From NCBI RefSeq assembly GCF_009914755.1, contig NC_060925.1: a DNA stretch of 64,000 bases, one strand, 5' to 3'. Numbering within the stretch: the stretch's first letter is position 1; each line of letters opens with the position of its first letter. Shown in pieces: positions 26,961-41,254 of this stretch. The DNA comes from the human T2T-CHM13v2.0 reference genome, Homo sapiens. The notes beneath the pieces were generated by a model. The model did no database searches, was not told the DNA's origin, and saw only the letters and a list, made by a program, of their open reading frames with translations. The position numbers and the translations under genes were made by a program.

Positions 26961-27166
26961 GTTTATGTGATTATTGATCTGGCTGGACTGAAGGGTGTAA
27001 GAGTGAGAATGATAGGAGATGAGGCTGGAGAAGTGGACAGAGCCAAACCATGAGATACCTTTTCACCAGGCTGGGGTTTTCAAGATTTCTGAAAGGTCGT
27101 GGCTAGCCATTAAAATAACTTGGTTTCTGTATCCTCCACTGCTCCTGAACATTCTTGTATTACAGT

Positions 27167-27570
27167 TGTGTTAGTCTGTTTGCATTGCTATCAAGGAATA
27201 CCTGAGACAGGGTAATTTGTAAAGAAAATAAGTTTATTTGGCTTATAGTTCTGCAGGCTGTACATGAAATATAGTGCTGCCATCTGCTTCTGGCAAGGCC
27301 TCAGGAAGCTTACAATCATGGTGGAAAGGGCAGGGGAGCCAGCCAGCGTGTCACATGGCGAGAGAGGGAGCAAGAGGCGAGGTGGAGGTGCCAGGCTCTT
27401 TTTAAACAACCGGATCTTGTGTGAACTCATTACCACAGAAAGGGCACCAAGCCATGCATAAGGGACTCGCCCCCATGACACCAGCACCTCCCACAAGGCC
27501 CCACCTCCAACATTGAGGAATCACATTTCAACATGAGATTTGGAGGGGGCAAACATCTAAACTATATCAA
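27167..27570 (-). mobile_element. MST-type MaLR solo LTR
   Basis: tgtgttagtctgtttgcattgctat…ggcctcaggaagcttacaatcatgg…tttcaacatgagatttggagg…aaactatatca. Confidence 0.9.
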
Positions 27571-27619
27571 AAGTCGATGATTAAACACAGTCTCATATAA
27601 ATGTTCTACCTCAAAAAAA

Positions 27620-28450
27620 CCCAAACATTGCACACCTATTATAGCTAAGATAAAAAATACTGACAACACCAAGTGCTGCCAAGAAGGTGGAGCAGGCCAA
27701 TTGCTCATACATCTCTGGTGGGATGTGTCAGTATCGCAGGTGGGGTTGTAAGAGTAGAGCCATCTGGAAGACAGTGCCAGTGGCTTATGGAGTTAAACAT
27801 TACACTTGCCATGTGACCTGGCAATTCCACTCCTGGGTACTTATTTATCCTCTAGAAATAAAAATTTATATCCCACAAAACTGTAATGAATATTTATAGC
27901 AGCTTTATTCATAATTGCCTAAAACTGAAAACAAGTCAAATGTCCTTCACTGAGTGGATAGAATAACAAACTATGGTACCTTCACATAGTGGAACACGAC
28001 TCAGTAATAAGGAACAAACTATCAATATACACAACAACCTGGCTGCATCTCAAATGCATTGTACTGAGTGAAAGAAACCGGTCTCAAAAGGCTACAGCTG
28101 TAGCATCCTATTCATACGATGCTCTGGAAAAGAGACCTCTAAGGGCAGGGTTTAGGAATTGGGAGAGGGGCTGGGGAAGGGTCTGATTAGAAATTAACAG
28201 CCCAAGGGAATTCTTGGTTTTGTTTTTATTTGTTTTTTTTTTGTTGTTGTTGTTGTTTTTTGAGACGGAGTCTCGCTCTGTCACCCAGGCTGGAGTGCAG
28301 TGGCGCGATCTCAGCTCACTGCAAGCTCCGCCTCAGCCCAAGGGAATTCTTTAGGGGCCTTGGGATTGTTCTGTATCCTGTTTGTGGTGATGGTTACAAG
28401 TTACAGCCCATAGAACTGTACAACAAGTGAATTTTACTGCGTGTAAATTT
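27620..28450 (+). mobile_element. Old L1ME-type 3' fragment
   Basis: …tgacaacaccaagtgctg…gcaattccactcctggg…atagcagctttattcataattgc…. Confidence 0.7.
28216..28333 (-). mobile_element. Heavily 5'-truncated AluY-like insertion with an 18-bp TSD
   Basis: TSD cagcccaagggaattctt at 28198-28215 and 28334-28351; body ends in cactgcaagctccgcct (Y-type diagnostic). Confidence 0.9.
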
Positions 28451-28549
28451 TTAAAAAATTTTAAAAACTTGAAGACATATAGCTCATTTACCACGTGCTT
28501 TACCTGTCTTATCTCATTAATCCTCTCTATGAGGTTGATGTTATTATTA

Positions 28550-28785
28550 CAGGTCGAACATTCCTAATCTGAAAATCCAAAATCTGGAATGCTCCAAAAT
28601 CTGAAACTAATTTTGAGGCCTGACATGATGCTCAAAGGAAAAGCTCATAGAAGCATTTCGGATTTTGCATTTTCAAATTAGAGATTCTCCACAGGTAATT
28701 ATGCAGATCTTCCAAAAGCTGAAAAAAATCTGAAATCCACAACACTTTTGGTCCTAAGCATTTCAGATAAGGGATACTCAACCTG
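28550..28785. mobile_element. Tigger4-type (MER46/Zombi) MITE
   Basis: Termini caggtcgaaca… and …gataagggatactcaacctg form inverted repeats. Confidence 0.85.
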
Positions 28786-29534
28786 GATCTCTATTAGTGC
28801 ATTATTATCTACTACTATTATTATTATTGACTAAGCAGAGGCTTTGTGAGGTTTGGCCCAAACCTACATACCTTCCAGGGGGCAAAGCCTGGCACAAGCC
28901 AGGTGTGCACACTCCCCAGACCCTGAATTTCCACAGCATTGCGAGTCACCCCTCAAGGAGTCACAGAGTGGGTGGTAGATCTTTCTCAGGCTCTTGTACA
29001 GGCTGTACCTCAGTTTATCCAGCTCATTGGTCAGTGTGGTTGCTCTGTGCATCATGCTGGTGCAACTTTTACAAATGTGCAAATGTTCTAAATGCTTAGT
29101 ATCAGAGAGGGAGTTGCCTACTGAATATTTTCTGACCTCTTAACTTGTACTGTTGGCTAAGTTAAATTTGGCTTCTTTTCAAGGAACTATTACCTTCCTA
29201 GAGGGTTTGTGTGGTGACACCCATAAAAATCTTATTCAGTTTTTGTTCAATTCACAGCTTTAACTTAGTCTCCTTAAAAATCACTCAGGTTGTAACCAAA
29301 GGCTGCTCTATGGCTGAGTAGAATTGTTAATTATTAATAACTGTTAATCAACTACATAGTCAACCTCAGACAAGAGGGCAAGAGATAATTCCTTAGACAC
29401 ACACACAAAAAGAGCAAAATGTTAAGGTTAGAAAACAGTAAAAACGATGAAGATATTTAATTCTTTTTGCATACTTTGTAATTATTTGTTTAAATATCTA
29501 TTTCCCTAGCCTCTGTGCCAGTTTTTCTTGTTGT

Positions 29535-29846
29535 TTTTTATTTTTATTTTTTTAAGAGAGGGTCTTGTGTTGTTGCCCAGGCTGGAGTCCAGTGGTGCAA
29601 CCATGACTCACTGCATCCTCACACTACTGGGCTTTGATCCTCCCATGTCAGGCTCCCAAGCATCTGGGACTACAGGCATGCACCACCATGCCTGGCTAAT
29701 TTTTAAAACATTTATTTTTGTAGAGATAGGATCTCTCTCTGTTGCCCAGGCTGGCCTTGAACTTCTGGTCTCAAGCAATCCTCTCACCAGTCCTCTCACC
29801 TCAGTCTCCCAAAGTGCTGGGATTACGTGAGCCATTGCGCCCAGCC
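29535..29846 (-). mobile_element. AluJ
   Basis: Diverged antisense Alu with a small tcctctcacc duplication. Confidence 0.9.
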
Positions 29847-30479
29847 TTTTCGAGGCTATTAGTTTTCTGCCCCCAGTTCCTGTAATCCTTGCATAGAATA
29901 GGGGCTTAGTAAAGGTTTGCTGAGTTAGAACTCCATTTCAATGGATATTGAACTTGAGAACTGAGTGAGACTTGTGGAGTATGGTATTTCAAAGTATTAT
30001 TTATCCAACAGTCTGATATTTCAGAATCATTCATTTGCCAACTCCTATGTAGGTACTTTGGAGATATTATTTGAGTTATTCCTTATGACATCCCATGCAG
30101 CAAACATATTCCTTCCTAAATGAGGAAGCTGAGGCTAGGAGTGATGAGCTGATTTGCTTGTTATGCACACTGGATGGAGTGTGAGCTGTGTCAGACACGT
30201 GAATTCAGATCCTCTTGTGCCACATCAGAGGGACATGAGATGGGGTGGCTGTTTCACTTCTGTGAGCCTCACTTTCCCCCTCATTCATTTATGTAACCAA
30301 TGGTGGGTCCAGGTTTTGTGAGGACTGGAGCTTACATAATTTGAGTATGGGTCTTATTTAAAGAAAAAAATATATAGGATTATGATTCAAATTTGGATAC
30401 AGGGTTTGAAGGAGACTTGTGACAGCGGGGGACCCTGAGGCTTATGTGCCATTAGATTCATGGTAAATCTGTCCTTGCT

Positions 30480-31620
30480 TTCAACTAATTTTTATAGTGA
30501 GCCACTACGTGCCGGGCTGTGTCTGCAGCTGGTTACATGTGCTGAGCCTAACAGTACCATCCTGGTCCTCTAGAATGCTAGAGCCCACTGGGAGACACCA
30601 CCAGAAAACAGACAACGGCAGTACAGTCAGATAAGTGTATGATGGGGGGGTATGAAAAGCCAGGAAAGATTTCTGGAAGAGATGACATCTAAGCTGCTAC
30701 TCAGGATATGTAAAAGTTAAAATGGAGAAAAGTATGGAAAGCCCATTTGAGGCAGAAGAAAGAACAAGCATGAGAGGTGATAGAGAAAAGCTTCCTTATG
30801 GGGACCGCAAGAAGTTTAGTGGGGCTGCGTTGTTCAGTGGGGTGGAGGAGTGGGGAGAGCTTCAGCTCCAGAATTAGGCAGGGGCCAGGTGGGCTTGTGT
30901 ACCACTTAAGGAGCTTGGAAATGGTCCTAAGAGCAATAGGAGGCACTTGGACAGATTTAAGCAGGGAGTGATCTGATAAGATTTGCATTGGGGGGATGAA
31001 AAAAAGGCCACACTGGGTCCAGCTGCAGAATGGAGAGAGAATCCACTCCACACTGGGCACGAGGGCCATCCCCCTGCAGGGAGGCCAGTGGCAGGAGAGA
31101 GGAAGGTGACAGGAGAGCAGCTGTGAGAACGAAGAGGAGGGGATACATTACAAAGTTGTTCAGCAGTGAGAACCAACAGGACTTGAGAGTGGATGCTTAG
31201 AGGCAGGAGGTGCAGGTGGTCATGAGGGAGGAGATAAGATAGAAGCTTAGCTTTCTGGCCTGGACCACCGGTGGGGGGTATTCATTAGAATCAAGGCCAT
31301 AAGAACAGCAGATTTGGAAGAGATTGTATGTCTCCTTTGAGCCAGTTGAGTTTGCAGTTTCTGAGTGACATCCAGGTGGAGATGTTCAGTGGAGAGCTGG
31401 TTGCAAAGCTGAGGAAGGAGAGCTGACTGACGGCAGGGCTTTGGCTGTTCTCAGCATATGGATTATAATTAGAGCCGTGCAGATAGATGAGAGTGCATGG
31501 GAAAAGCCAGTGCAGAGACAAGATGGTGCAAAGGAGTATCCTAAAGAACATTAATCTTTAGGGGACAGGCAGAGGACAAGGAGCCACAAAGAAGCATGAG
31601 AGACTGTGGTCAGGGATGAG
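30480..31620. mobile_element. Degenerate L2 LINE
   Basis: …ttaagcagggagtgatctgataagatttgcatt…, …gacatccaggtggagatgttcagtgg…. Confidence 0.6.
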
Positions 31621-31654
31621 GGAGGACCGGCAGGAGTGTGTGAGGAGCACGGAT

Positions 31655-32025
31655 TGTTTTTGTTTGTGGGGTTCCCCTGCCTTTAGGGACACACTAACTC
31701 TTTGGATATCAACTGGTTGTCCCGGAATTCCATTTAGCTCTGTTTGACTTGTGTGCAGAGCCCATGGTTTTCACAGCCCCTCTTCCTTTCAGATTTGATA
31801 ATTTGCTAGAGTGGCTCACAGAACTCAGGAAAACACTTTACTTATGTGTACAGGTTTATTGTAGAGGATACAACTCAGGAACAGCCACATGGAAGAGATG
31901 CATAGGACAAGGTATGGGGGTGGCGCAGAGCTTCCATGCCCCCTCCAGGTGCGCCACCTCCCAGCACTGCCATGGCCTCACCAGTCCAGAAGCTCTCTGA
32001 ACCCTGTGGTTTAGGGTTTTCATGG

Positions 32026-32030
<5 letters not shown>
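31655..32030. mobile_element. MER21-like LTR fragment
   Basis: tttgataatttgctagagtggctcacagaactcaggaaaacactttac…ggatacaactcaggaacagcca. Confidence 0.65.
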
Positions 32031-32794
<764 letters not shown>

Positions 32795-34565
32795 AAGAGA
32801 AAGCAGAGAAGGGTGATGAATGACTGAGCCACATCCTGGTGCCAGCTCTGGACCGGGTTTGGCTGTGGTCTCCACAAACATTTTTGAATGAATACATGAG
32901 TGAGCAAGTGAGTGAGTGAATGGGAGGAAGGCCGGCGGGGGGAGGTTTGAGGAGAGTGGGGAAAGGTCTGCTGTGGTGCCTTGAAGGTGGGGAGACCTGG
33001 CACGGGGAACACAGAATTGCCAGGTGGATTTGGTGCCCATTTGGAAGGTGGCCCAGTGACTTCTGGGGACAGTGTCCCTGAGATCATGCATTTTCCCCAG
33101 CTGTGCTCAGCAGCCTGCTTCAGGGAGAGGGAATGGCAACAGCGAGCACGCCAGGCTGGGGGTTTCCAGGCAGGTAGAGGAGAAAGGCAACTGGGTTCGG
33201 GAGCCGAACGGAGTGGCAGGAAGGTGAGTGAAGTGATGGATGGCTATGTCTACACTGGAGGCTGATAAAGAAGGGAAAGTGATAGGTTGAGGGGTGGGTG
33301 GCTGGATGTGGTCGTGGAACAGGGGCAGAAATAACTAGGGTGTGGGAAAAGTAGTGGCAAGGTGGCTGGGAGCTTGGTGGCTCAGTTTGGGTGCAGATGA
33401 AGCCAAGGTGAAGTGAGGTGGGATGGTGAGACCAAGGACCCAGAAGCCCAGGTGTCGGCCTGGTGATGCAAGGATGGCGGCAGGGCTCGGGGTGGGGAGG
33501 AGGTGGAGGTCCAGGATCAAGGCCCCCAGAGAAGGGGGATGTCCCAGATGAGAGCAATGAGAAGGACAGCTTGGGGTGAAGCTGAATGCCCTGAGCCTTC
33601 AAGCAGCAACAGATTATACCTGAAGGTAGAGCCACGTTAGGGACGTGGGAGGACACTGACTGCTTGGGTAGGGGTGGGGAGTGAGCATCCACACTCGAGT
33701 GGCTGCAGATGCCATGAGACCCTCCAGGGATGACCAGGTCACTGTTAGGGCAGAGAGGAGGAGGCAGCTTTCAGAAGGAGCTGGGCATGCAGAGCTTGCT
33801 AACCAGTGATGGAGGATCCAGGCAGTAGGGCAAAGCCCATGGAGGGGCCCACAGGACGGGACAACTGCGAAGACACTGTCTGCCTTGGAATGCGGGCAGC
33901 ATCTTCATAGCCATCCAGGGATTTGGACCCTGGCCTTCCTAAGTGAGAGCTATACTTTTTCTATAATTTCTGCCACTACATAACTGCCAAAGTTAAAGGT
34001 GGAAAAAGAGTCTCTGTCCTAGCTTTTCAGCGACCTTTTCAAAAGGAACAGAAAATCGTCGCATTCTCTTGCTTCTACAATGCCAGTGATTGTCTGATGC
34101 ATCCTGGGTTTGACAAAGGCAGGTAGACACTCACGGTGCAGGGACACGCCAGTTCCAAATCGCATCTTTACTTTTTAAATGTTGAAAAACAAAAAAGACA
34201 GTGCATCTTAGAATTTAAGGCAACATAGTAACTAAAGTGGCGGAGGCTTTTAACTGAAACCAGAAGAAACAGCATGAGTTTTGTTGTTTTATGTTTCTTA
34301 GCTGAAAGAAACTCAGGCAGGATAACGTGATAAGGAAACTCAGGTATTTGCCTGTGATTAGTTCAGGAACTGTTGAAAAAAGACTCTGGGATTGGGCAGA
34401 ACTAGAGTTTAGATCACTAGCTTGAAGGACTTTTAAGTCCAGTTTAAGATTTGGAGAGAGTTATAAAGGCTAAGCCAGCATTTATAAGAACATGTACCAA
34501 TTAGAGAAGTACAGGAGAATTTGCTGTTTTCTCTGTTATTATAAAGATCATTGTTCTTAAATTTA

Positions 34566-34957
34566 CATTAGTTTGCTAGGCCTACTGCCACAGAAAACCA
34601 CAGACTGAGTGGCTTGGACAACAGATGTTTATTTTCTCCCAACTCTGAAGGCTGGAAGTTCGAGATCAAGGTGTCAGCACAAATGGTCTCTCCCTAAGCC
34701 TCTCTGCTTGGCTTGCGGATGGCTGTCTTCTCCCTGCGTCCTCCCTCACATGGCCTTCCCTTTGTGTGTGTCTGTGTCCTCATCTCCTCTCCTCATAGGG
34801 ATGCCGATCAGACTGGTTTAGGGCTCAACCTCTTGACCTCGTTTCAATGTTATCACCTCTCTAAAGACCGTGTCTCCAAAAAGTCACATTCTGAAGTACC
34901 AGGGATTAGGGATTCAACATATAAGTTTTGGGGGAGGACACAGTTCAGTCCATAGCA
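34566..34957 (-). mobile_element. MLT1-type MaLR solo LTR
   Basis: attagtttgctagg…ccacagactgagtggctt…aggctggaagttcgagatcaaggtgtcagca…gacacagttcagtccatagca. Confidence 0.85.
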
Positions 34958-35699
34958 GCCTATTCCATACCTCATTTTATAAGAAGAGAATTTAAAATCA
35001 GATCCTTGCCTAGCACTCTTCTGGTCACACACAGAAAATAATCCAGAAAGTTACCTTGGCTGCTCAGCCTCATGTGGCTGGACCCTCTGTTGCTGTAAGA
35101 CCTCACCGGACCCTTCTCCGTCCTCGCTCCTTCACATGCTGGAACCTTCCTTACATGTCTAGATGCACCGAGCTTGTTCACACCTTCAGGGTTTGTTCCC
35201 TCATCCTAAAATGGTTTCTCCTTAGTTTTATATGGCTCTACCCTTGTGCCGTTTTGGCCTCAAGTTAAATCCTGTTCCTCCAAGAAGCCTCCCTGACCAT
35301 CCAATGGAAAGCAGCCACCCAGCAATGCCAGATCTCATTACCCTGTCTCAGTGCTCAGTGTGGTACTTATTGCTGGCTGATAGGGCCTCATTTATCTTGT
35401 CACCAATGTCCCCAGCACTGAAGCAATCCCCAGCAGATAGTGTCACTCAAATATTTGCCAAGTGAATGAATAAAACCAGAAGAGTTAGGAAGAAATGAAG
35501 AGAGCTGCTGGGAAGAATCTGGATGTTCCTGAAGTCCAAGACTTTATTTCTTTAGGTGGGATTCATCAAAAGGAGGCAGTTTGCCTGAGGTCCCTTCCCT
35601 GGGCAAAGAGAGGAACAGGGCTGGTCTGACTCCAGGCCTGTCTGTGACTTTGATTGTTTTAACAAGCAGATGGTATTTTTGTACACAGTGACTTGGAGA

Positions 35700-36538
35700 A
35701 CTTGGAGACGCGTATCAATGCCGCCTTTCTTCCCTGTCCCTTGCATAACAGGTTTGGTGTCTTGGATCAAGTTTGGGGCAGCATCAAACTGCGCCACTAG
35801 ACTGCATCCCATGATGCAGGGATTATACTGTATTCATACCCTGCAGTGTTTGCACATAGAAGCCTTACTATAAATGTTTGCTGAGTGAAAAACAGTGAAT
35901 AAATGAGCGAATATTTAAATGACAAGAACTGACAGTCTTTTGAAGTTCCTCTAGGGTGGTGCTTCTCAAACTTCAACATCCATCTGAACCATCTGGAAAG
36001 CTAGTTAAAATGCCAGGTGTGATTCAGGAGGTCCTGGGTAGCCTGAGAATCTGCATTTCTAATGAGTTTCCAGGTGATGGTATTGCTGCTGTTCTCACCT
36101 CTCCTTTGTGTAGCAAGGCTCTAGGATGTGTCCAGGATGGTCTATCTACTTGGTCAAAGATAATCTTGTGAGTTGACTAGTCATCAAAAGACCCCGATCA
36201 CTTCTCAGTTTGTCCAAAAAATAACACATGCAACTTTCAGCCAGTTACTTAACCTCAGTGATCTTCAGTTTTTGTGCATAGGTGAATTGGAGATGGGTGT
36301 TAATGCCCCCTTTCTTCCCTGTCCCTTGCATATTATGCCTGATGTCTTGGATCAAGTTTTGGGCAGTATCAAACTATGCCATTAGATCATATCCCATGAT
36401 GCAGGGATTACATTATATTCATACTCTGCAGTGTCTTGCACATAGAGGCCTTACTGTAAATGTTTGCAGTGAAACAACGAATAAATGAGTGAATATTTAA
36501 AAGACAAGAACTGACAGTCTTTTGAAGTTCACTTTGGA
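35700..36538. repeat. Diverged ~255-bp direct duplication (35700-35955 and 36285-36538) flanking a MER5A-like and MIR spacer
   Basis: Shared blocks tttcttccctgtcccttgcata, tgtcttggatcaagttt, cccatgatgcagggatta and gacaagaactgacagtcttttgaagttc. Confidence 0.9.
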
Positions 36539-36659
36539 GGAACCTAGTCCAATTATCAGGAGATATTATTTGTTGAACACTTTGTACCTGCTGAGCTTCT
36601 TGATATGTGTTACGTTTACTTATCACAACAATCCTGCAGGGTGGAATTATTATCCTCAT

Positions 36660-36957
<298 letters not shown>

Positions 36958-37069
36958 TATCCTCATTTTACAGAAGAGGAAACTAGTGCTCAGAGAGGTT
37001 AGACAACATGCCCAAGGTCCCCAAGTCAATAACCAGGAGCCAATAGCAGGGCTCTGATGATGATGATGG

Positions 37070-37140
37070 TGGTGTGTGTGTGTGGTGTAGTGTATGTTTG
37101 TGTTTTCATGTGTATATGTGTGTGTATGTGTGCGTGTGTT
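37070..37140. repeat. Degenerate (TG)n repeat
   Basis: Direct reading. Confidence 0.8.
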
Positions 37141-40100
37141 TTCCTCATACCATTTTGCTTATCAAATGATCCTTTAGGTTCTTTCCAAGTGTATGATTTT
37201 AGGTCAAAGACAAAGCATGACACAGTTCACTGTGAATTGTGAGTTATTATTACAAGCTCGTGAAAGAGTCGGATACCTTTTCTGATCCTCAATATAACCT
37301 TTGTCTTCTCACCACCATAACACGTTGGTTTCTCTTCAGGAACTGATTTTATATTCTCATGAGCACATATGCGGTTTCTCCTATAGACTGTAAGATTTTT
37401 AAGAGCAAGGACTGGGTCTTATTTTCCATTTTGTTCCCTAGTGTCTTCGATCCTTATTGCATTCAGTGGTTTGATTTGAACAGAACTTTGGAAGCATGAG
37501 ACAGACTCTGTACATTAAAACGCTTCCATAGCACTCACCATGGTGTCCAAAGTGTCACTAAATCTCTGCTTGCTTGAGATTTCTCTATCTTAATTAATCT
37601 TGATTTGTGCTGTTTTTTTGTGAAAGAGTAAATGCCTGTGGGAGGGCTGGGCCCCACCTACGGAGAACTCTGGTAGTGTGCCAAGAGCAGGACTGCATAA
37701 TTGGTGCATGTGACAAGGAACAGAGGAGGGTGGAGGGGTCCCTGGATGATGGGGGTGCCTTCCCCTTGGCTGTCTTTATTGTGTCCCCATTGGCATTACT
37801 GTTACTGATCACTAAATCAGGGAACAGACGGAGGCGTGAGGTAGGATCCTACGACAGACAGCCTTTAGTGAGTTACCAATGACGCCAGAGTTGACCATCA
37901 AGTAAATCTGTTGCCTTTTGAAAGACATGTCTGTCTGTACAATGCTAGGGCCTGAGTTGCTTAACCTTCTAGTAAACCATGAATTTCTCTCACATGTCCT
38001 TGGGGTGATGAAAATCTTCCCGAGTTGTGCGGAGCACAAAGTAGAACCTGACAGGGAATGTTCTGAAATAATTGTGTGGATGGTGACAGGTAAAAAAATA
38101 CACTGTAGAGATATCGATCCTGTACGAATGCAACCTAAGTTGTTGCTCTGTTAAGAAATGTTTTTGGAGTTCTCTATACACTAAAAAAAGAAGAAAAAGA
38201 AAAAGAAGAAAAGTGGAAAAGAAGAGATTTCTCTTGTCTTGTATGAAGCAGCAAAATAATATTCTATCAGAATTGTTTTAAATATGGTAAAGTGGGGCAC
38301 TTCTATTTAAAGGGTACGTCTTTGGTTCATTTTTTATTTTTAATTGCCCTGATATCTCTTGCTTTTGGGAAAGTCCGACGCTCTGGCTCTCTGCTATCTG
38401 TTCAACCAGCCTTCAGTAGAAGTGGGAACACAAATGGCTCATTGTTTTAATTTTGGATTTCCTTAGGCTGTTGCTGTCACCTAGTCATCTCAGACACTCT
38501 TACAGGGAAACCAGCACTGGCAGGGTGTGAAGGTCATAGCAAGGGCAGCAGTGCTTCCCAGGATCATGTGCCTGGAGAGGTCGGTATGCCCTGACTTCTA
38601 AAGGGGGCCTGCCTTCCACAGGACGAGCACTTACTGAGCGCTTCTCCTGCACTTACTGTACATTCTCATCCATATGTTAGTTGTTGTTACCATAAATGTC
38701 CTCACACATCTGTGGCATGTGGATGACAAGAGCTTCTGAGTATATTTTTTAACTGTGTTTTTCGAAGGCAACTTTAAGTGCTAACAATCCAGTGGTTATA
38801 TGGGTGGCTATTGACTTTCAGATTCACGGCACTGTTCTGAGTGGGTAATTCGCCGCCTTTCTCTAACTCTTATGTCCTTGAGGAACCTGAATGTACAGAT
38901 GATTACCTGTACCTACTGAGCGTCCTCTCGCAGAGTTGGGGTGATAAATATTCTGCAAAACCTGCTATAAAACAGTCAGCCCTGAGCAGCAGGAAACTGA
39001 ATATAGTCACTCACATAGCTAAACCCAGGCTCAGGCCTACATTCACCCCTGTCCGAAGGGGGTGGAAATGAGATCATTTCACACCTCACGTGGAAGTGCA
39101 GACCTGAAAGAAGACTTGGGGCTCCCCCAGCACAGGTGTCCCCATTTTACAGGTGCCAAAGGCTGTGGCGGAGACAGAGATGGGGAGAGGAGTTGGCCGT
39201 GATGCGTCGTCATGGAGCATCTCACATGTAAGGGCCATGAGAAGTGAGGACAGAAGGGCAGCCAGGCTGGCTGGTCTTCATGTGGGCCAGTTGAGTGGGA
39301 ATGCGGCACTCATGGGCCGGCGGAAGAATGAGCATTTGAGGAGGCAGAGTTCCCCACTCTTCTGAACCTCTGTTTTACAAAAGGCTTAGAATATAAAATT
39401 GGGACCTTGTCTTTGGAAAGGAGGGAGCAAAGTGTTAACCTGGACAGCTTTGGTGCACAAGGTGAGAGGTTTACCAAGGGCTCACACACTCTCCTTCATG
39501 GGAGAGGGTGCTTAGGAGGAGGTCTGGCTGCTGTGAGGTATGGGACCTGTCCAGGACCTTCTACTGCTACAGCAGGAACAGCACTGTGAGGGAGGGATGT
39601 TGCTCTTCCTATTTTTCAGTCGTGGAATGGAGGCTTTGAAAGGTTTGGTAACTTGCTCGAGATCACACAGCCAGCGAGGGGTAGCATGGGATTAAACACC
39701 AGTCGGCTCGTCTCCAAAGGCCTGACTGACAAAAACAAATTTCAATCGATTTTACTTTTCCTCTGTAATAGATGAGGAATATCTCATTTCAGAATATCTG
39801 AAGGTGACATTTGGAGTCGCTCATTGATTCAATTATTCTGAATCTTTATTTCAGAGCTTATTTATCTCAGGTTTTAGATGTGGAATGCTCCAAAACTATT
39901 CATTGGTTTCACTTCCCTTTGCATTGCTAAGTAAAGGTGATATAGGAGAACTACTCACAGGGGTGAGCACAGCAAGGGTACGAAGGATGTAAAATCAGAC
40001 GCAGCTTTTCTATGCATCTTTCTTAAACACATTACTCTTAACCCAAGAGACAGTCAGGATCATTAACTTTCCTAATATTTTGTAAAGCATTCATATAGCA

Positions 40101-40786
40101 ACATTTGGGGCACATGCGCACCTGGTCTTAAGTCAGGGCAGGAGTGGCTAATTAATTCTCTGATTCCTCAGGCTTCACAGTTTCAACCAGCCATAATTAT
40201 TTTGCAATTGAGGTTCCCTCTCTGCCTAAACTGGCATTGTTATCAAGGGCTAAATGCATCAGCTTTGTAATAATGAAGATGGGTGCCAATTCCATCTTCC
40301 ATATGGGATGAAGTTGGGGAGAGAGATGGTGGAGAAGCACTGGTCAGACTGTAAATGATATTGAGTAGAAAGAAGTCAGGGATTTTTGTTTTTAACATGA
40401 AAAAGAAATAGAATTGTAACTAAGTTGAAGTTTCTTTACTGTTTCATCTTGTTTCTTTACAAATTTCATCTTGTCATTTACAAGGGTTTATGCCACATAG
40501 CTATGGATTTGGGCCCAATATTTGACCTTATAGCAGCTCTAAAAGATTAGACTGCAGTTAGGAAATGCCCTCTGGATCTGATTTTTAAACAGAACCAAAT
40601 GCATTCTACTCTTTTCTGCTTTTAAGAGTAACACTGCTTGAGGATGCATTGAAGCCCTGCTAGACATCTTTGCTGATATTTGCCTTTAGCATTCTTTCTG
40701 GAGGTATTTAGACCTTAATAAACTACCATTATCCTTTAAAAAAGGACTGAAGAGAATAATATTTGTAGAAACAAAATAATCAAATA

Positions 40787-41131
40787 CAGTCCTACATCAT
40801 TTAATGTTGGGGATACGTTATGAGAAATGCATCGTTAGGCAATTTTGCCATTGTGTGAACGTCATAGAGTGTACTTACACAAACCTAGATGGTGCACCCT
40901 ACTACTCCACACCCAGGCTACGTGGTGCAGCCTATTGCTCCTAGGCTACAAAGCTGTGCAGATGTGACTGTCCTGAATACTGTAGGCAATTGTCACACTG
41001 TAAGTATTTGTGTATCTGAACATATCTAAACAGAAAAGGTACAGTAAAAATGTGGCATTATAATCTTAGGGGACCACCATCACATACATGGTCTATTGCT
41101 GATTAAAATGTGGTTAAGTGGTACATGACTG
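40787..41131. mobile_element. Tigger3a-like (MER7/Golem) DNA transposon
   Basis: 345 bp with cagtc…gactg termini flanked by TA on both sides; internal gagtgtacttacacaaacctagatgg. Confidence 0.88.
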
Positions 41132-41176
41132 TACTAGCATTAAAGTTCTTCCGAACTGAGAGGGTGGAATGGGAAC

Positions 41177-41254
41177 AGGTACTGGCTTCTTGTTTTAAGG
41201 GCTGACTGGTGAGGAAGGTACTGGCTTCTTGTTTTAAGGGCTGACTGGTGAGGA
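41177..41254. repeat. Perfect 39-bp tandem duplication
   Basis: aggtactggcttcttgttttaagggctgactggtgagga x2. Confidence 0.97.

Noticed and set aside
33120-33692. 190-aa Pro/Ser/His-rich minus-strand ORF
   Set aside because: It has a non-ATG start and no recognisable domain; it is explained by G-rich compositional skew, probably decayed repeat.
41177-41254. Direct repeats as a CRISPR-like array (also 62794-62911 and 63045-63089)
   Set aside because: Each has two adjacent copies with no spacers and no cas genes, in a primate intron.
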